A DNA stretch of 64,000 nucleotides from an uncultured Methanoregulaceae archaeon. GTDB taxonomy: Archaea; Halobacteriota; Methanomicrobia; Methanomicrobiales; Methanospirillaceae. Made by a program: the position numbers and the translations under genes. Below are positions 42,173 to 52,979 of this stretch, piece after piece (position 1 is the first letter of the stretch; every line of letters begins with the position of its first letter). The notes below the pieces were generated by a model. That model saw only the letters and a list, made by a program, of their open reading frames with translations. It did not search any database and was not told where the DNA came from. Location: positions 352,001 to 416,000 of the forward strand of contig CAWJAX010000002.1 of the NCBI GenBank assembly GCA_963841015.1, in the 5' to 3' direction.

Positions 42173-43047
42173 TTTACGGTGATAAAAAGACCGGTGTCCT
42201 TGTGCAGGGTGCAACGGGAAAACAGGGAGAGTTTCATATCGGCCTGATGAATGCCTATGCAAGGCAGGTTGGTGGAAGGGGTGTCGTAGCCGGTGTTACT
42301 CCGGGAAAGGGTGGCAAGGAAGTTCACGGTGTCCCGGTCTACAATACGGTGAGGGAAGCGATGCGGGACCATGATATTTCAGCAAGTGTTATCTTTGTAC
42401 CTGCAGGTGCCGCAGCTGACGCGATCATGGAGGAGGCGAATGCCGGCATCCAGACTATCGTGGCGATTACCGAGCATATCCCGGTCCACGACTCAATGAA
42501 GGCGATTGCCTATGCAAAAATGGAGGGATGCAGCGTGATTGGCCCGAACTGCCCGGGGCTCCTGTCTCCCGGTGAAGTCAAGATGGGGATCATGCCATCA
42601 GGTCTCTTCTTACACGGAAACGTTGGGGTTATCTCACGGAGCGGGACACTTACGTATGAAGTGGTTGACGAGCTTACCCGTGCCGGTATCGGGCAGAGTA
42701 CCGTTGTCGGTATTGGTGGTGACCCGGTCATCGGCCAGACCTTTGTCGATGTTCTCGACAGGTTTAAAAAAGATCCGCAGACAAAAGCCGTGGTCCTCAT
42801 TGGCGAAGTCGGGGGAAACCTCGAAGAAGAAGGGGCAAAATCAACGGACATGCCGATTGTATCGTACATCGCTGGTATCTCGGCGCCTCCGGATAAACGT
42901 ATGGGCCATGCCGGTGCTATAGTCGAGGGAGGAGAGGGTGATGCCCGATCAAAGATCGCCCGACTCAAAAAAATGGGTGTACCTGTTGCATCCCGCCCTT
43001 CGGAGATTCCTCAGATGGTGCGTGATCTTTTCAAGGAACACTGCTGA
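42169..43047 (+). CDS. sucD: Succinyl-CoA synthetase alpha subunit
   Basis: VQGATGKQG, IGPNCPG, SRSGTLTYE and RMGHAGA motifs. Confidence 0.95.
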   Translation: MIYGDKKTGVLVQGATGKQGEFHIGLMNAYARQVGGRGVVAGVTPGKGGKEVHGVPVYNTVREAMRDHDISASVIFVPAGAAADAIMEEANAGIQTIVAITEHIPVHDSMKAIAYAKMEGCSVIGPNCPGLLSPGEVKMGIMPSGLFLHGNVGVISRSGTLTYEVVDELTRAGIGQSTVVGIGGDPVIGQTFVDVLDRFKKDPQTKAVVLIGEVGGNLEEEGAKSTDMPIVSYIAGISAPPDKRMGHAGAIVEGGEGDARSKIARLKKMGVPVASRPSEIPQMVRDLFKEHC

Positions 43048-43082
43048 TTACCTCATCTTCATTTTTTCTCCGGGACTGGTAA

Positions 43083-43601
43083 CTATCTTGTGATTTCTAT
43101 ACCAACCTCGTTCCTCCGAAGGAATCCGGGAGTCCATGGTGCATTATACCGCATCAGTACAGGATGACCATTGGTTGTGATACCTGATTTTTTAAGATGC
43201 TCCTGCAACCGTGATGTTATATCCTGAACCTCTCCGGGTGAGGCATACCCCTTGAACCGTATGACAGCAATCTCCCGCTGAGGAAGTGAGGTTATTTTCA
43301 CCCGGTGATCCAACGGCTCTGGCAACTCATCAATTTCTTTTTCCTTTGGCATCACAAACGACATTGACTGTGCATCGGAAACAACCGGGGAAGTCATCGG
43401 AATCTGAGTTGATGATACAACCGGAGCAGTCATTGGAATTTGTCTCTTCGTGCGATTGTTCCCGGTGATGTAGGAAAAGAGCAGATTAAATCCACGGTCA
43501 TTGCCAGGGCTCTCAACAGTAGCAAAGACCATACGAGGGTATTTCCGGAACTCGATCTCACCTATCTGTCCGGTTATTTCGTACACAACAGTCTCGGTCA
43601 T
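43083..43601 (-). CDS. SOUL heme-binding family protein
   Basis: GFNLLFSYITGNN, IPMTAPV (duplicated), MSFVMP and RYNAPWTPGFLRRNEV motifs. Confidence 0.88.
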   Translation of the reverse strand: MTETVVYEITGQIGEIEFRKYPRMVFATVESPGNDRGFNLLFSYITGNNRTKRQIPMTAPVVSSTQIPMTSPVVSDAQSMSFVMPKEKEIDELPEPLDHRVKITSLPQREIAVIRFKGYASPGEVQDITSRLQEHLKKSGITTNGHPVLMRYNAPWTPGFLRRNEVGIEITR

Positions 43602-43803
43602 AATATGTATACCAACTACATCTCGTGGTTTATCTTTCGTGACCTTATGGATTTTTTGGTTACCGGGAATATGTGGTGTGAAATCCCGGGAACCTCCAGC
43701 TACCAGATACAATTATGTGATACCTGAAAGGAAATCCACAACAGATCCCGCAGAGCGATTCTTTATCCTTTATGCGTGACAACCGATAGGAACAGCACAT
43801 AAA

Positions 43804-45171
43804 ATGTCAGCACCACAATATTTCCCCCTGTCCCCTGAAATGTTTGCACTTGCCTGCGAAACGGTCAGCCGTCGTGTTTCACGACTGCCATTTTTAAGAA
43901 GCGGTATTATGGTCACCGGTGAATTAATCGGTGTTGCCATGGAATGCCTGAATGCCGAATTTAATAAAACCCTTATACTCCGCACTCCGCAAGATACGGT
44001 TGAAAAATCCCTTGATGGACTCGACCGGTGTATCGAAGCACGCTTGAAGATCCCAGGAAAAACTGTTGTTCCGGTTATTGTCGATGTGTTATGCAGTGCA
44101 GGTATCGCAGAAACAACTGAAATCATGGACCGTGTTTCTCACAGGCCCCGGAACGGAATCCGGCTGCTTCACCCATGGACGTGGCATGCAGCCTCAGCAA
44201 TGGCGTCGACAATTGGACTTCAGGGATCAGGAAATGACAATGAATCCTCCCTGACCTCCTGGATGAGTATGTGCCCGGTTTGCCGCACCGGGATTTTAAA
44301 CCGGGTTGTCGGAAAACAGCTGTTTGGTATTCCCCACACGGATTTCTACATCGAATGTACTCACTGTGGCGCAAAATTTATTCCCGTCGGTACGCAGTTC
44401 AGGTTAGTATCCATTGCTACTGTCCGTGATCCGCTCTGGAGAAAACACTTAAACGAGACGTTTTCTGCAGAGACGTGGTCAACTCTCGCGCGGGGGACAG
44501 GATCCGGTGTAAAACCGCAGGTGCGCCAAAATGAAAAAAAACCAGCCAGCCAGTCCCGGCAACCACCCCTGGGAGGGCTCACGCAGCTGAAGGATGGTTC
44601 ATTGACTGTACCATTTCAGGAAAAGATCCTCTATTTTAAACCGGTAAAACTGAATTTTTCTGGCCTTGTAAAGGAAGATGCATTCGCCCGGGCGCAAAAA
44701 CCTCTTGAGGATCTCCTGAAAATTCCCGCGTTCAGCCATCTGCTCCCCCATGTGAATGCTAAATACTCCCGCTATCTTTCCATGAAATCAGGTCTCTTTT
44801 TAGGCCAGCTCAAAGAACGCCACGATCCCTTTTACCGGGAATTCCTCAACTCCCACGGTGATGAAAAGTTCGGGACATTCCGGCTCGGGGATTCAAATGA
44901 AGCAGATAAAAAAGGGGTACTGATCGTTGTTGTGAATAAAGGAATTTACCATGCGGTCAACTGCCAGGACACATTCCGTCTCATAATCAACGATGTATTT
45001 GGCAGAATCTCAGCAGAAGACTGTCTGCTGAGCGGGAATAGTACACGCTGCCGGATGAACGCGCTTCTTTCTAATAACAGGAGCGCTTCGGGCGTCTCTG
45101 TCCACCAATGTGAAAATGAAGAAGAGCGGCAGCATATCACTGAAATACTAAAAGGATCAATTTCGATCTGA
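43804..45171 (+). CDS. Multidomain hypothetical protein with zinc ribbon and possible degenerate GIY-YIG-like C-terminal domain
   Basis: CPVC..CTHC; C-terminal KKGVLIVVV..IYHAVNC..FGRISAEDC..GNSTRCRMNALL. Confidence 0.65.
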   Translation: MSAPQYFPLSPEMFALACETVSRRVSRLPFLRSGIMVTGELIGVAMECLNAEFNKTLILRTPQDTVEKSLDGLDRCIEARLKIPGKTVVPVIVDVLCSAGIAETTEIMDRVSHRPRNGIRLLHPWTWHAASAMASTIGLQGSGNDNESSLTSWMSMCPVCRTGILNRVVGKQLFGIPHTDFYIECTHCGAKFIPVGTQFRLVSIATVRDPLWRKHLNETFSAETWSTLARGTGSGVKPQVRQNEKKPASQSRQPPLGGLTQLKDGSLTVPFQEKILYFKPVKLNFSGLVKEDAFARAQKPLEDLLKIPAFSHLLPHVNAKYSRYLSMKSGLFLGQLKERHDPFYREFLNSHGDEKFGTFRLGDSNEADKKGVLIVVVNKGIYHAVNCQDTFRLIINDVFGRISAEDCLLSGNSTRCRMNALLSNNRSASGVSVHQCENEEERQHITEILKGSISI

Positions 45172-45281
45172 TGCACATGAAAAGCGCATAGAAACGTGAC
45201 AGATGCCAACCAGAGAATTTTTCATATCTTGTGAGAACATTATAGTTATCTGCTCTGGATAATGGAAAAGGGAGCTCACCC

Positions 45282-46670
45282 ATGAAATGCCCTCATTGTG
45301 GAATGAATATACGTGATAATATTGTTGTTTGCGGCTATTGTGGCGGAAAAATAGCAAAGGAATCAGAGAAATCTCCTTCTGACGCGGGCAGACCGAATAG
45401 CACTGGTGGCAGTACAGGGCAAAAAGGGGCAGGGGCGAAAATTACACAAACACGACAGGAAGACCCTGAAGCCGACGAAGAAGAAGGGGGGATTTCGGTG
45501 TACCTGCAACCGGGAGAACAGGTACTCATCGGATCCCTGAATATCGCAGTAAAAAAATTTTTTTTCCATGCATATCTGACCAACCAGCGTATCTTTTTAA
45601 TTGACACACAGGAAAAAAAGGTTAAGGTTACCGCAAAAGATATTGCCCGTGACACTATCGCCGGAAGCATCATTGAGTATTCGGATAGTTCCGACCCCGT
45701 TCTTGTTCTCTCCCTTAAATCCGCAGATGATGAAATCAAGACGATGAAACTTATTTTCATCCAGAACGGGATGGACCGGTCCGTTGAGATCGACGAATGG
45801 ATCTCTCTTCTCCAGGAGCAGGGCCAGCAGAAAAAAACTCCTGTACAAACTTCTGAAGAAATCCCGGAAACTATAGCGGAATCCGGACCTGTCCAACTGG
45901 AAAAATCCGTGCAGAAGCAGGAACTGCAACCTAAAAGAAAACCGGGAAAAGATCATGAAAAGCAACCGCCGGTCAAACGGCATATCCTGTTCCACAAAAT
46001 GCAGGAGCAGGAACCTGAAGTTGAGGAATCTCCCCCTCCTCCACGACGTGCACAAGTCAGAGAGGTATCGGAACCGGTGAAAAAGCAGGTCACAAAACAG
46101 GAATCCGACAATGAGTTTTCCCCGGTAAAAAAAGCAGATACCTCCCATGTGCGTAAATATGAAGTACAGTCAGCAATGAAAGTCGCAATGAAGAGTGCAA
46201 TGCAACCGCTCAAACCCTCATCGCTTCAAACTGCGAAACGCCCGGTGATAGAACCGGTATCACCCCCCTTGAATGAACCCGAACCAGCAGACAACGGAGT
46301 TTCAACCGCTCATACCACTTCCCAGGAAAAAGCACCGCGAAAGACAGCACAGGACGATGGTGCTGAAATTCCCCCATTCTGCCAGAATTGCGGGAAAAAA
46401 ATCCCTCCCGCAGCCAACTTCTGTCCCGGTTGCGGGACAAAACTGGGAACGCACAGGGGCGTTTCTCCTGACTTAATACCTGAATCCCCTCACAAAAAGA
46501 AAGCGACTCATCATGAGGCACCCGTCCGTGAGAAGAAAGGAGCTCCACGCGATGAAGAAATCGATGAGAATGAAAAGGATGATGAGATACCCGTCCCGAC
46601 AAAACCCCCTGTAAAGAAGGGACCAAAAGGCAGCGAGATGACGATTCTCCATAAATTCCTGAGGCGATAA
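45282..46670 (+). CDS. Zinc-ribbon / PH-like domain protein with long disordered linker
   Basis: CPHCG..CGYCG, AYLTNQRIFLID and FCQNCG..FCPGCG motifs. Confidence 0.75.
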   Translation: MKCPHCGMNIRDNIVVCGYCGGKIAKESEKSPSDAGRPNSTGGSTGQKGAGAKITQTRQEDPEADEEEGGISVYLQPGEQVLIGSLNIAVKKFFFHAYLTNQRIFLIDTQEKKVKVTAKDIARDTIAGSIIEYSDSSDPVLVLSLKSADDEIKTMKLIFIQNGMDRSVEIDEWISLLQEQGQQKKTPVQTSEEIPETIAESGPVQLEKSVQKQELQPKRKPGKDHEKQPPVKRHILFHKMQEQEPEVEESPPPPRRAQVREVSEPVKKQVTKQESDNEFSPVKKADTSHVRKYEVQSAMKVAMKSAMQPLKPSSLQTAKRPVIEPVSPPLNEPEPADNGVSTAHTTSQEKAPRKTAQDDGAEIPPFCQNCGKKIPPAANFCPGCGTKLGTHRGVSPDLIPESPHKKKATHHEAPVREKKGAPRDEEIDENEKDDEIPVPTKPPVKKGPKGSEMTILHKFLRR

Positions 46671-46898
46671 TTCTCTCTTTTTCATTTTTTTAATTTCTAT
46701 CCGTCATACAGAATAGAACGTGGTTATAATTTCAAGGATGGTAAACAATTCCGGTCTTCAAAATGAAAGAGATAATATTGCTGGAGGTAATAGTCTGAAT
46801 TACTCCTAATCATATAAAAACAAAAAACTATTGTAAATTAGAAATCGTTATATGAATTCCAGTCCCTTTTAATAGTACGTATTGTTACGAGGAAATCA

Positions 46899-48101
46899 AT
46901 GAAGAGAAACATCCAGATTGAAGCATTGGCCCAGATTCCTCTGGAAAAACAGCGGATTGAGGTGGTTGAGCGTAAGTGCATCGGACACCCTGATAGTATC
47001 GCTGATGGAGTTGCTGAAGCTATAAGCAGGGCACTCTGTAAGGAATATCTTGAAGAGTTCGGTGCTGTCCTGCACCATAATACTGATCAGGGTGAGATCG
47101 TAGCCGGCGAATCAAATCCAAAGTTTGGGGGTGGAAAGGTCATCCGGCCTATTTTTATCCTGATTGACGGCCGGGCAACAAAACGGTTTAATAACGTATC
47201 CATCCCTACGGATGCAATTGCGGTTGAAGCGACACGGAATTATCTTCGGTCCCATTTCAAGACCCTGAACATGGAACGCGATGTGATTATGGACTGCCGG
47301 CTGGGAACAGGTTCGACTGATCTCCGCGATGTATTTAAGCCTCACAACGGGAGAGTCCCGAGGGCAAATGATACTTCATTTGGTGTCGGGCATGCCCCGT
47401 TTTCTGATGTTGAAAATATTGTAAAGAGTGTCAGCGATTTTATTGATGAGAAACTGCGGCTGAAGTATCCTGCGATTGGGCAGGATATCAAAATCATGGG
47501 ACTTCGCGATGGGAACGCAATCACCCTGACTGTTGCCTGTGCAATCGTCGATAAATACTGTGCGGATATCGGGCAATACACAGAATACATGGCGATCCTC
47601 AAAGAACAGATCGGCAAAGTGGCAAAAAAGAGCACCAAACGAAAAGTAGTTGTGCACCTCAATACTGGCGACGATATCAAAAATGAGAGTATCTACCTGA
47701 CTGTTACCGGCACTTCAGCCGAAATGGGTGATGACGGGTCAGTCGGACGCGGCAACCGCTGCAACGGGCTCATCACTCCCAACCGTCCGATGAGTATGGA
47801 GGCAACGAGCGGGAAGAACCCGATCAACCACATCGGTAAGATTTATAACCTGCTTTCGACCCAGATTGCAACTGATTGTGTGGCACAGGTAGAGGGTATT
47901 GAAGAGATGTACATACGTCTTCTGTCCCAGATCGGTCAACCTATTGATCGCCCGCTTGTAGCAAGCGTGCAGGTCCTGCCGGTTTCCGGTGTCAGAATGC
48001 AGAAGATCCAGGGAGAAATTGAAGGAATTGTCGATCAATCGCTCGAAAATGTAACAGATATTACCGAACGGGTAATCCGCGGCGAGCTCAAAACCTTCTG
48101 A
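46899..48101 (+). CDS. mat: Archaeal S-adenosylmethionine synthetase
   Basis: [33 protein letters not shown] and [13 protein letters not shown] motifs. Confidence 0.95.
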   Translation: MKRNIQIEALAQIPLEKQRIEVVERKCIGHPDSIADGVAEAISRALCKEYLEEFGAVLHHNTDQGEIVAGESNPKFGGGKVIRPIFILIDGRATKRFNNVSIPTDAIAVEATRNYLRSHFKTLNMERDVIMDCRLGTGSTDLRDVFKPHNGRVPRANDTSFGVGHAPFSDVENIVKSVSDFIDEKLRLKYPAIGQDIKIMGLRDGNAITLTVACAIVDKYCADIGQYTEYMAILKEQIGKVAKKSTKRKVVVHLNTGDDIKNESIYLTVTGTSAEMGDDGSVGRGNRCNGLITPNRPMSMEATSGKNPINHIGKIYNLLSTQIATDCVAQVEGIEEMYIRLLSQIGQPIDRPLVASVQVLPVSGVRMQKIQGEIEGIVDQSLENVTDITERVIRGELKTF

Positions 48102-48107
48102 ACACCC

Positions 48108-49022
48108 ATGGCAAAACAGGTAAAAACCGGCCGGAAAAACAGTAAATCCGCCTCTTTTTCAGCTATTGTCCGACTTGCTATTCCTAACAAAGGAAGGATT
48201 GCAGCACCGATTCTGGATCTTGTAGAGAAAAGCGGTCTCCACTTCCCGGAGTTTGGGGAGCGACGGCTGATTACAAAAACGCTCGACCCGCATGTGGAGA
48301 TCCTCTTTGCCCGCCCGGTTGATATTCCCGAATACGTTGCAACCGGTGCTGCTGATATTGGTATCACGGGTCGGGACATGGTAGTCGAGCGGGAGTCTGA
48401 TGTTGAAGATCTCCTGGATCTCGAGTCAGGGAAAGCAAAACTCGTGCTTGCCGTGCATGAAGATTCACCGGTTACATCGGTACAGCAGCTTGCGGGGCTG
48501 AAAGTGGCTACCGAATTTCCCGTCATTACCAGGGAATACTTCGCGAAAAACAAAGTAAACATAAATGTTGTACTGGTTGGCGGGGCTTGTGAGGCGACAC
48601 CGCACCTTGGGATTGCCGATGCAATCGTTGACCTTTCGAGTTCGGGAACAACCTTAAAGACCAACCGTCTCCGTATTATCGATGAGGTGATGGAGACCTC
48701 CACCCACTTGATCGCAAACAAGAAGTCACTTCGGACAAAGAAAGGAAAAATCGATGAGATCCATCTTGCCCTGGAAAGTGTGATCCGGGCACGTGGGCAG
48801 TGCTACCTGATGATGAATGTCAAGCGATCTTCCCTTGAGGCCGTAAAATGTGTACTCCCCGGCCTCTCAGGTCCCACGGTGATGGAAGTTGCATCAAGCG
48901 AAAACCTCGTCGCAGTGCATGCAGTCGTGAACGAGGAACGGGTTTATTCCCTGATTAACTCCCTGAAGCGCGCTGGTGCGAAAGATATTCTGGTGATGGC
49001 GATCCAACGGATGATTAGCTGA
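48108..49022 (+). CDS. hisG: ATP phosphoribosyltransferase
   Basis: [31 protein letters not shown] and PGLSGPT motifs. Confidence 0.95.
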   Translation: MAKQVKTGRKNSKSASFSAIVRLAIPNKGRIAAPILDLVEKSGLHFPEFGERRLITKTLDPHVEILFARPVDIPEYVATGAADIGITGRDMVVERESDVEDLLDLESGKAKLVLAVHEDSPVTSVQQLAGLKVATEFPVITREYFAKNKVNINVVLVGGACEATPHLGIADAIVDLSSSGTTLKTNRLRIIDEVMETSTHLIANKKSLRTKKGKIDEIHLALESVIRARGQCYLMMNVKRSSLEAVKCVLPGLSGPTVMEVASSENLVAVHAVVNEERVYSLINSLKRAGAKDILVMAIQRMIS

Positions 49023-49027
49023 GTCCT

Positions 49028-49738
49028 ATGCGCATTTTTCCTGCTGTTGACATCCTTGGAGGGCAGTGCGTTCAGCTGATACAGGGGAGACGTGAGAGTG
49101 CGACAGTGTTTGGGGATCCGCTTTCCTGCGCAACACGCTGGCTCGACCAGGGGGCAGATGCCCTTCATGTGGTAAACCTTGACGGGGCATTTGGAGGTTC
49201 AGCAAAAAATGCTGAGCTCATCATGGACCTGATCAAAAAAACCGGCGTCGAGATCGAGCTTGGCGGGGGTATCCGCACCTTGGAAGATGCTGCTCAATGG
49301 CTGAACACCGGTGTCTCCCGGATTATTATTTCAACGCTTGCAACCCGGAAACCGGAAAGCATACGGATTCTTGTTGATGAGTATGGGAGTGAACGGGTGA
49401 TGGCAGGAGTTGATGCAAAAGGCGGGCAGATTGCAGTCCATGGCTGGCAGAAGACAGCAGGGGATTATCTGGCTTGGTCACGATATTTTGAAGAACTGGG
49501 TGCCGGCTCCCTACTCTACACCAACGTGGATGTGGAAGGACTGCAGCAGGGAGTCCGGTTCGAGCCGGTCAAACAACTGATTGATTCTGTACGTATACCT
49601 GTTGTTGTTGCCGGGGGTGTATCGGCACGATTGGATATTGCGGGTCTGCGGGATGCCGGGGCGTTCGGAGCGGTGCTCGGTTCTGCCCTTTATAGCGGGA
49701 AGATCACCCTTAAAGAGGCTCTGGAGGAAAGTCAATGA
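49028..49738 (+). CDS. hisA: ProFAR isomerase
   Basis: [29 protein letters not shown] and VAGGV motifs. Confidence 0.95.
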   Translation: MRIFPAVDILGGQCVQLIQGRRESATVFGDPLSCATRWLDQGADALHVVNLDGAFGGSAKNAELIMDLIKKTGVEIELGGGIRTLEDAAQWLNTGVSRIIISTLATRKPESIRILVDEYGSERVMAGVDAKGGQIAVHGWQKTAGDYLAWSRYFEELGAGSLLYTNVDVEGLQQGVRFEPVKQLIDSVRIPVVVAGGVSARLDIAGLRDAGAFGAVLGSALYSGKITLKEALEESQ

Positions 49739-50316
49739 GGAAAGTTACGGTAAAGCGGGAGACAAAAGAAACGAATATCACGATCACCCTGAACCCGGAT
49801 GGCACCGGGAAGGTCTCAGTTGACAGCGGTGTCCCATTCCTGGACCACATGCTCACCGCGATGGCAAAGCACGGGGGTTTTGATTTTTCCTGCATCGCCA
49901 AAGGTGATCTCGGTGTCGACTGCCATCATACGGTCGAAGATATCGGTATTGTGCTCGGGGATGCCGTCAAGCAGATAATTGGTGACGGTTTGGGTATGCA
50001 GCGGTTCGCTCACGCCATAATCCCGATGGACGAGTCACTGGCAACCGTGGCGATCGATTGTGGGGGCCGGGGATACCTCGTCTTTACCGGAAGGTTTGGG
50101 AACAAGACTATCGGGACGATTCCAGTCGAGATCTTTGAGCATTTCTTTTATAGTCTGTGTACCCGGGCAGGTATCACGGCACATATCGATTTTTCCGGTA
50201 AGAACGATCACCACCAGTGCGAAGCAGTATTCAAAGCGTTCGGGATTACGCTTGGCCAGGCGCTTTCTATTCGCGGGGATACAAAAATGATCCGGAGCAC
50301 AAAGGGAAGATTTTAG
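49735..50316 (+). CDS. hisB: Imidazoleglycerol-phosphate dehydratase
   Basis: [30 protein letters not shown] and STKG motifs. Confidence 0.95.
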   Translation: MRKVTVKRETKETNITITLNPDGTGKVSVDSGVPFLDHMLTAMAKHGGFDFSCIAKGDLGVDCHHTVEDIGIVLGDAVKQIIGDGLGMQRFAHAIIPMDESLATVAIDCGGRGYLVFTGRFGNKTIGTIPVEIFEHFFYSLCTRAGITAHIDFSGKNDHHQCEAVFKAFGITLGQALSIRGDTKMIRSTKGRF

Positions 50317-50722
50317 GTTTTTTTGCTGTTTTAATTTTTTTCTTACAATGCCTAAATTTTTATAAGTGGTTTATCCTTGCCGTTTCGCTTTACCTGTGAT
50401 GCAATATCTATAAAATGAGTTGGGAAACTAAAAAATAAAAATTGAGAGTTTACATGGGCCGCTCCCGAAGGCGCGGTGCCCCCCCAGCGGACTGGTGACT
50501 TTTAAAAATCCCCCGCAGTGCCTGAAGAGATCTGAAGCGGAAGTCATTCGTAAATAATACAATTTTCATGGATCATGAGTGTACTCGATCGGTTCACATT
50601 TGGTTCGATAATGTCGATTTTTTTAGATCTACCTGTAAAAATTTTAATTTTTACAGCAAAATCTCATGAAAAAATCAAACTATTAAAAAAAAATTTCAAA
50701 TGCACGAGAAAAAGAGTTGATT

Positions 50723-50926
50723 TCAGGATTTTGAAGCCAGGTCAACATCTTCCTTCTTGATCGTCTTTCTTCCCGCGTGCTCAGCGAGCTTGTTTGCTTC
50801 CTTGGTGAGCTGGGCGATGTACTTCTCTGCCTTGACAACAAGGGCTTCAGCTGCATCGCTGCCGACTCTTTCGGCTCCGTTTTTCTTTGCAATCCTTACA
50901 ACTGCGGCGATTGGTAAATCTGCCAT
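50723..50926 (-). CDS. Archaeal histone (HMf family)
   Basis: MADLPIAAVVRIAKKNGAERV...HAGRKTIKKED; GAGGT RBS. Confidence 0.95.
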   Translation of the reverse strand: MADLPIAAVVRIAKKNGAERVGSDAAEALVVKAEKYIAQLTKEANKLAEHAGRKTIKKEDVDLASKS

Positions 50927-51122
50927 TTTTCTAACCTCAAAAAGAAAGTCTATTGGTATATATAAATACTTTTTGGGAAAATACCTCATTTTATTCAGCA
51001 TTACGATATTGGAACGCATATTGTTAAGCAAGTGGAAAACGAAGCGCAAAATTTCGCAGAATATTTTTTAAATACATTAAATCGGTTCATTCTAAAAACA
51101 GATTGATTATAGGGTTTTTAAA

Positions 51123-51887
51123 TTATTCCAACAAAGCAGCAGCGAGCAATAGCGCATTCGCATAATTTGGTGAGGCGCGCGAAGTATCCACGAAAATTCT
51201 GCTGATATTTACTACAGGCGCGCCATGCCCGAGCCCCCCTCCAAGAAAGGTGAGCGTACGGAAGACCAAATTGCCGGAAATCCCGTCTGGTGCGATGATC
51301 AGTCCGCAGGTTTCAACAGCCTCCTCAATCAGGATTTCGCAGTGTTCTGCATCGCCAAGCCGTGCAACCAGTTCTGCGTCGGCCATACTCGCATCCACCT
51401 GGCTGTGTCTGCCAATATCTCCCAACCTGCCGCCGGAAAGGACCCCGACCTTTCTTAAAAGGCCGAATTTTTGCGCAATCACTCGCCCTTTTTTTATCAG
51501 TTCAAGTTTTTCAGGAACTGTCCATCCTTCATCTACCCCAACAGGTGTGAGGAGGAATTTTTTTCCGTGCACTGTCTCAAGCAGAGCAATGCGTTCGAGA
51601 TGATCGACACCCTCTGCTTTTTTTAATGCCCTGAGCGTAGAATTTGCGGGGAGCGTCCCTCGTACGGCAGCATCAATCCTGCGTGCCATGAGGTCGTCGA
51701 TGAGCGCCTGTTCAGGGTTCGTGTGCTCCACGATCTGCACAGCATTCACGACATTTTTAATAGCAACAATTCCCGGACGGCAATAACAGATCGTAATAAA
51801 ATTCCCGCTCACCTGTTTTGCGCTGTCAATAACTTTTTGTGCATCTTCTGCGATTCCGATGCCAATGCGTTTTATCGCGCCAGACAT
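51123..51887 (-). CDS. mtxX: Methanogenesis marker 4 / MtxX family protein
   Basis: DAAVRGTL, PVGVDEG, LSGGR, APDGISGNLVFR and VDTSR motifs. Confidence 0.85.
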   Translation of the reverse strand: MSGAIKRIGIGIAEDAQKVIDSAKQVSGNFITICYCRPGIVAIKNVVNAVQIVEHTNPEQALIDDLMARRIDAAVRGTLPANSTLRALKKAEGVDHLERIALLETVHGKKFLLTPVGVDEGWTVPEKLELIKKGRVIAQKFGLLRKVGVLSGGRLGDIGRHSQVDASMADAELVARLGDAEHCEILIEEAVETCGLIIAPDGISGNLVFRTLTFLGGGLGHGAPVVNISRIFVDTSRASPNYANALLLAAALLE

Positions 51888-52885
51888 GCAACGTCCTCGT
51901 CAGAAAGGTGCATGATCCCGTCTTCGATAAAATCAAAGACCTGCGTTTCCTGCCCGTCGTAGGTTATACGCAGCTCACGTGTGCTGTTGACGGTCCCTAT
52001 TACCTGTGCAGTCATTCCAACACCAGAAAAGAGCCCGATAAGCTCCGGAATATGTGCTTTTTTCGCGGTCAGGATAAAGCCCATGCCCGGGTACATCCGA
52101 ATCCATTGTTCAAATGTCATGTTGTTTGCAGCAAGGTTCGGCCTGGGGATCAGTTCAAGATTGATCTCTGCCCCTTTCCCGCTGACTTCCAGAAGCATTC
52201 CCAGGGTTCCGATAAGGCCTGGGTTGCTGATATCCTTGCCTGCCGTAACCAGGTGACGTTTGCCGATCTCCTCCATCACGGAAATCTGTGACCTGACTTC
52301 CCGGGCTGATTTCATCGTGACCGAGTCCCAGTTAAGAGCGCAGGAAGGGTGAACACGTCCCGAGAGATCGATAGCAGCTACCACACTGTCCCCTTCTTTT
52401 GCAGTATGGCTGTAGATGATCGAGTCAAGCGGGGCTGAACCAAGAATCGAGACATCGATGACACTGTAGGGTGCATCCGGGTGCAGGTGTCCCCCGACAA
52501 TAGGCACGCCAAACTGTGCGGATGCGTCATGCATCCCTTTAACCACAAGTTCCTGTACTGTGGTTTTAGCAATGGAGAATATATCCACCATCGCTATGGG
52601 ATGACCACCCATTGCCGCGATGTCATGTATATTGACGAGCACTGAACAATATCCCGCCCAGTATGGGTCCGCTTCCATGAGTCTGCTCCAGATGCCATCA
52701 GCTGCAAGGAGAAGAGCCTCACCATTGTGCTCTATTACCGCAGCATCCTCCCCGAACGAGGCGACAACATGAGGGGCGTCGATCTTCAAAGCCCTGACCA
52801 TCTCTCCGATGGAATGCTTCCTCCGGACACCCTCATATTCCCTTACTACTTTTGCAATCGTCTCTGTGGAGCAGCTGTGGACCAC
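51872..52885 (-). CDS. Methanogenesis marker 2 protein (PurM/SelD-like fold)
   Basis: [34 protein letters not shown] and GKDISNPG motifs. Confidence 0.88.
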   Translation of the reverse strand: MVHSCSTETIAKVVREYEGVRRKHSIGEMVRALKIDAPHVVASFGEDAAVIEHNGEALLLAADGIWSRLMEADPYWAGYCSVLVNIHDIAAMGGHPIAMVDIFSIAKTTVQELVVKGMHDASAQFGVPIVGGHLHPDAPYSVIDVSILGSAPLDSIIYSHTAKEGDSVVAAIDLSGRVHPSCALNWDSVTMKSAREVRSQISVMEEIGKRHLVTAGKDISNPGLIGTLGMLLEVSGKGAEINLELIPRPNLAANNMTFEQWIRMYPGMGFILTAKKAHIPELIGLFSGVGMTAQVIGTVNSTRELRITYDGQETQVFDFIEDGIMHLSDEDVACLAR

Positions 52886-52979
52886 GTTATCACCTGAAGA
52901 ATGGATTGTTGATTATTTCGTGTATCGTAGTTTCACTTGATCAGAGATAATTTATTTGATATACAGTCAACGTGTTGGT

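Noticed and set aside
50455-50552. Glycine or FMN riboswitch, or hammerhead ribozyme
   Set aside because: Partial motifs fall on opposite strands or lack required stems and the GAAA core, and the segment is not upstream of a gene.
51051-51078. Another dif-like site (TTTCGCAGAA) upstream of the histone gene
   Set aside because: Only one arm matches the xerA-promoter site; there is no convincing inverted partner.
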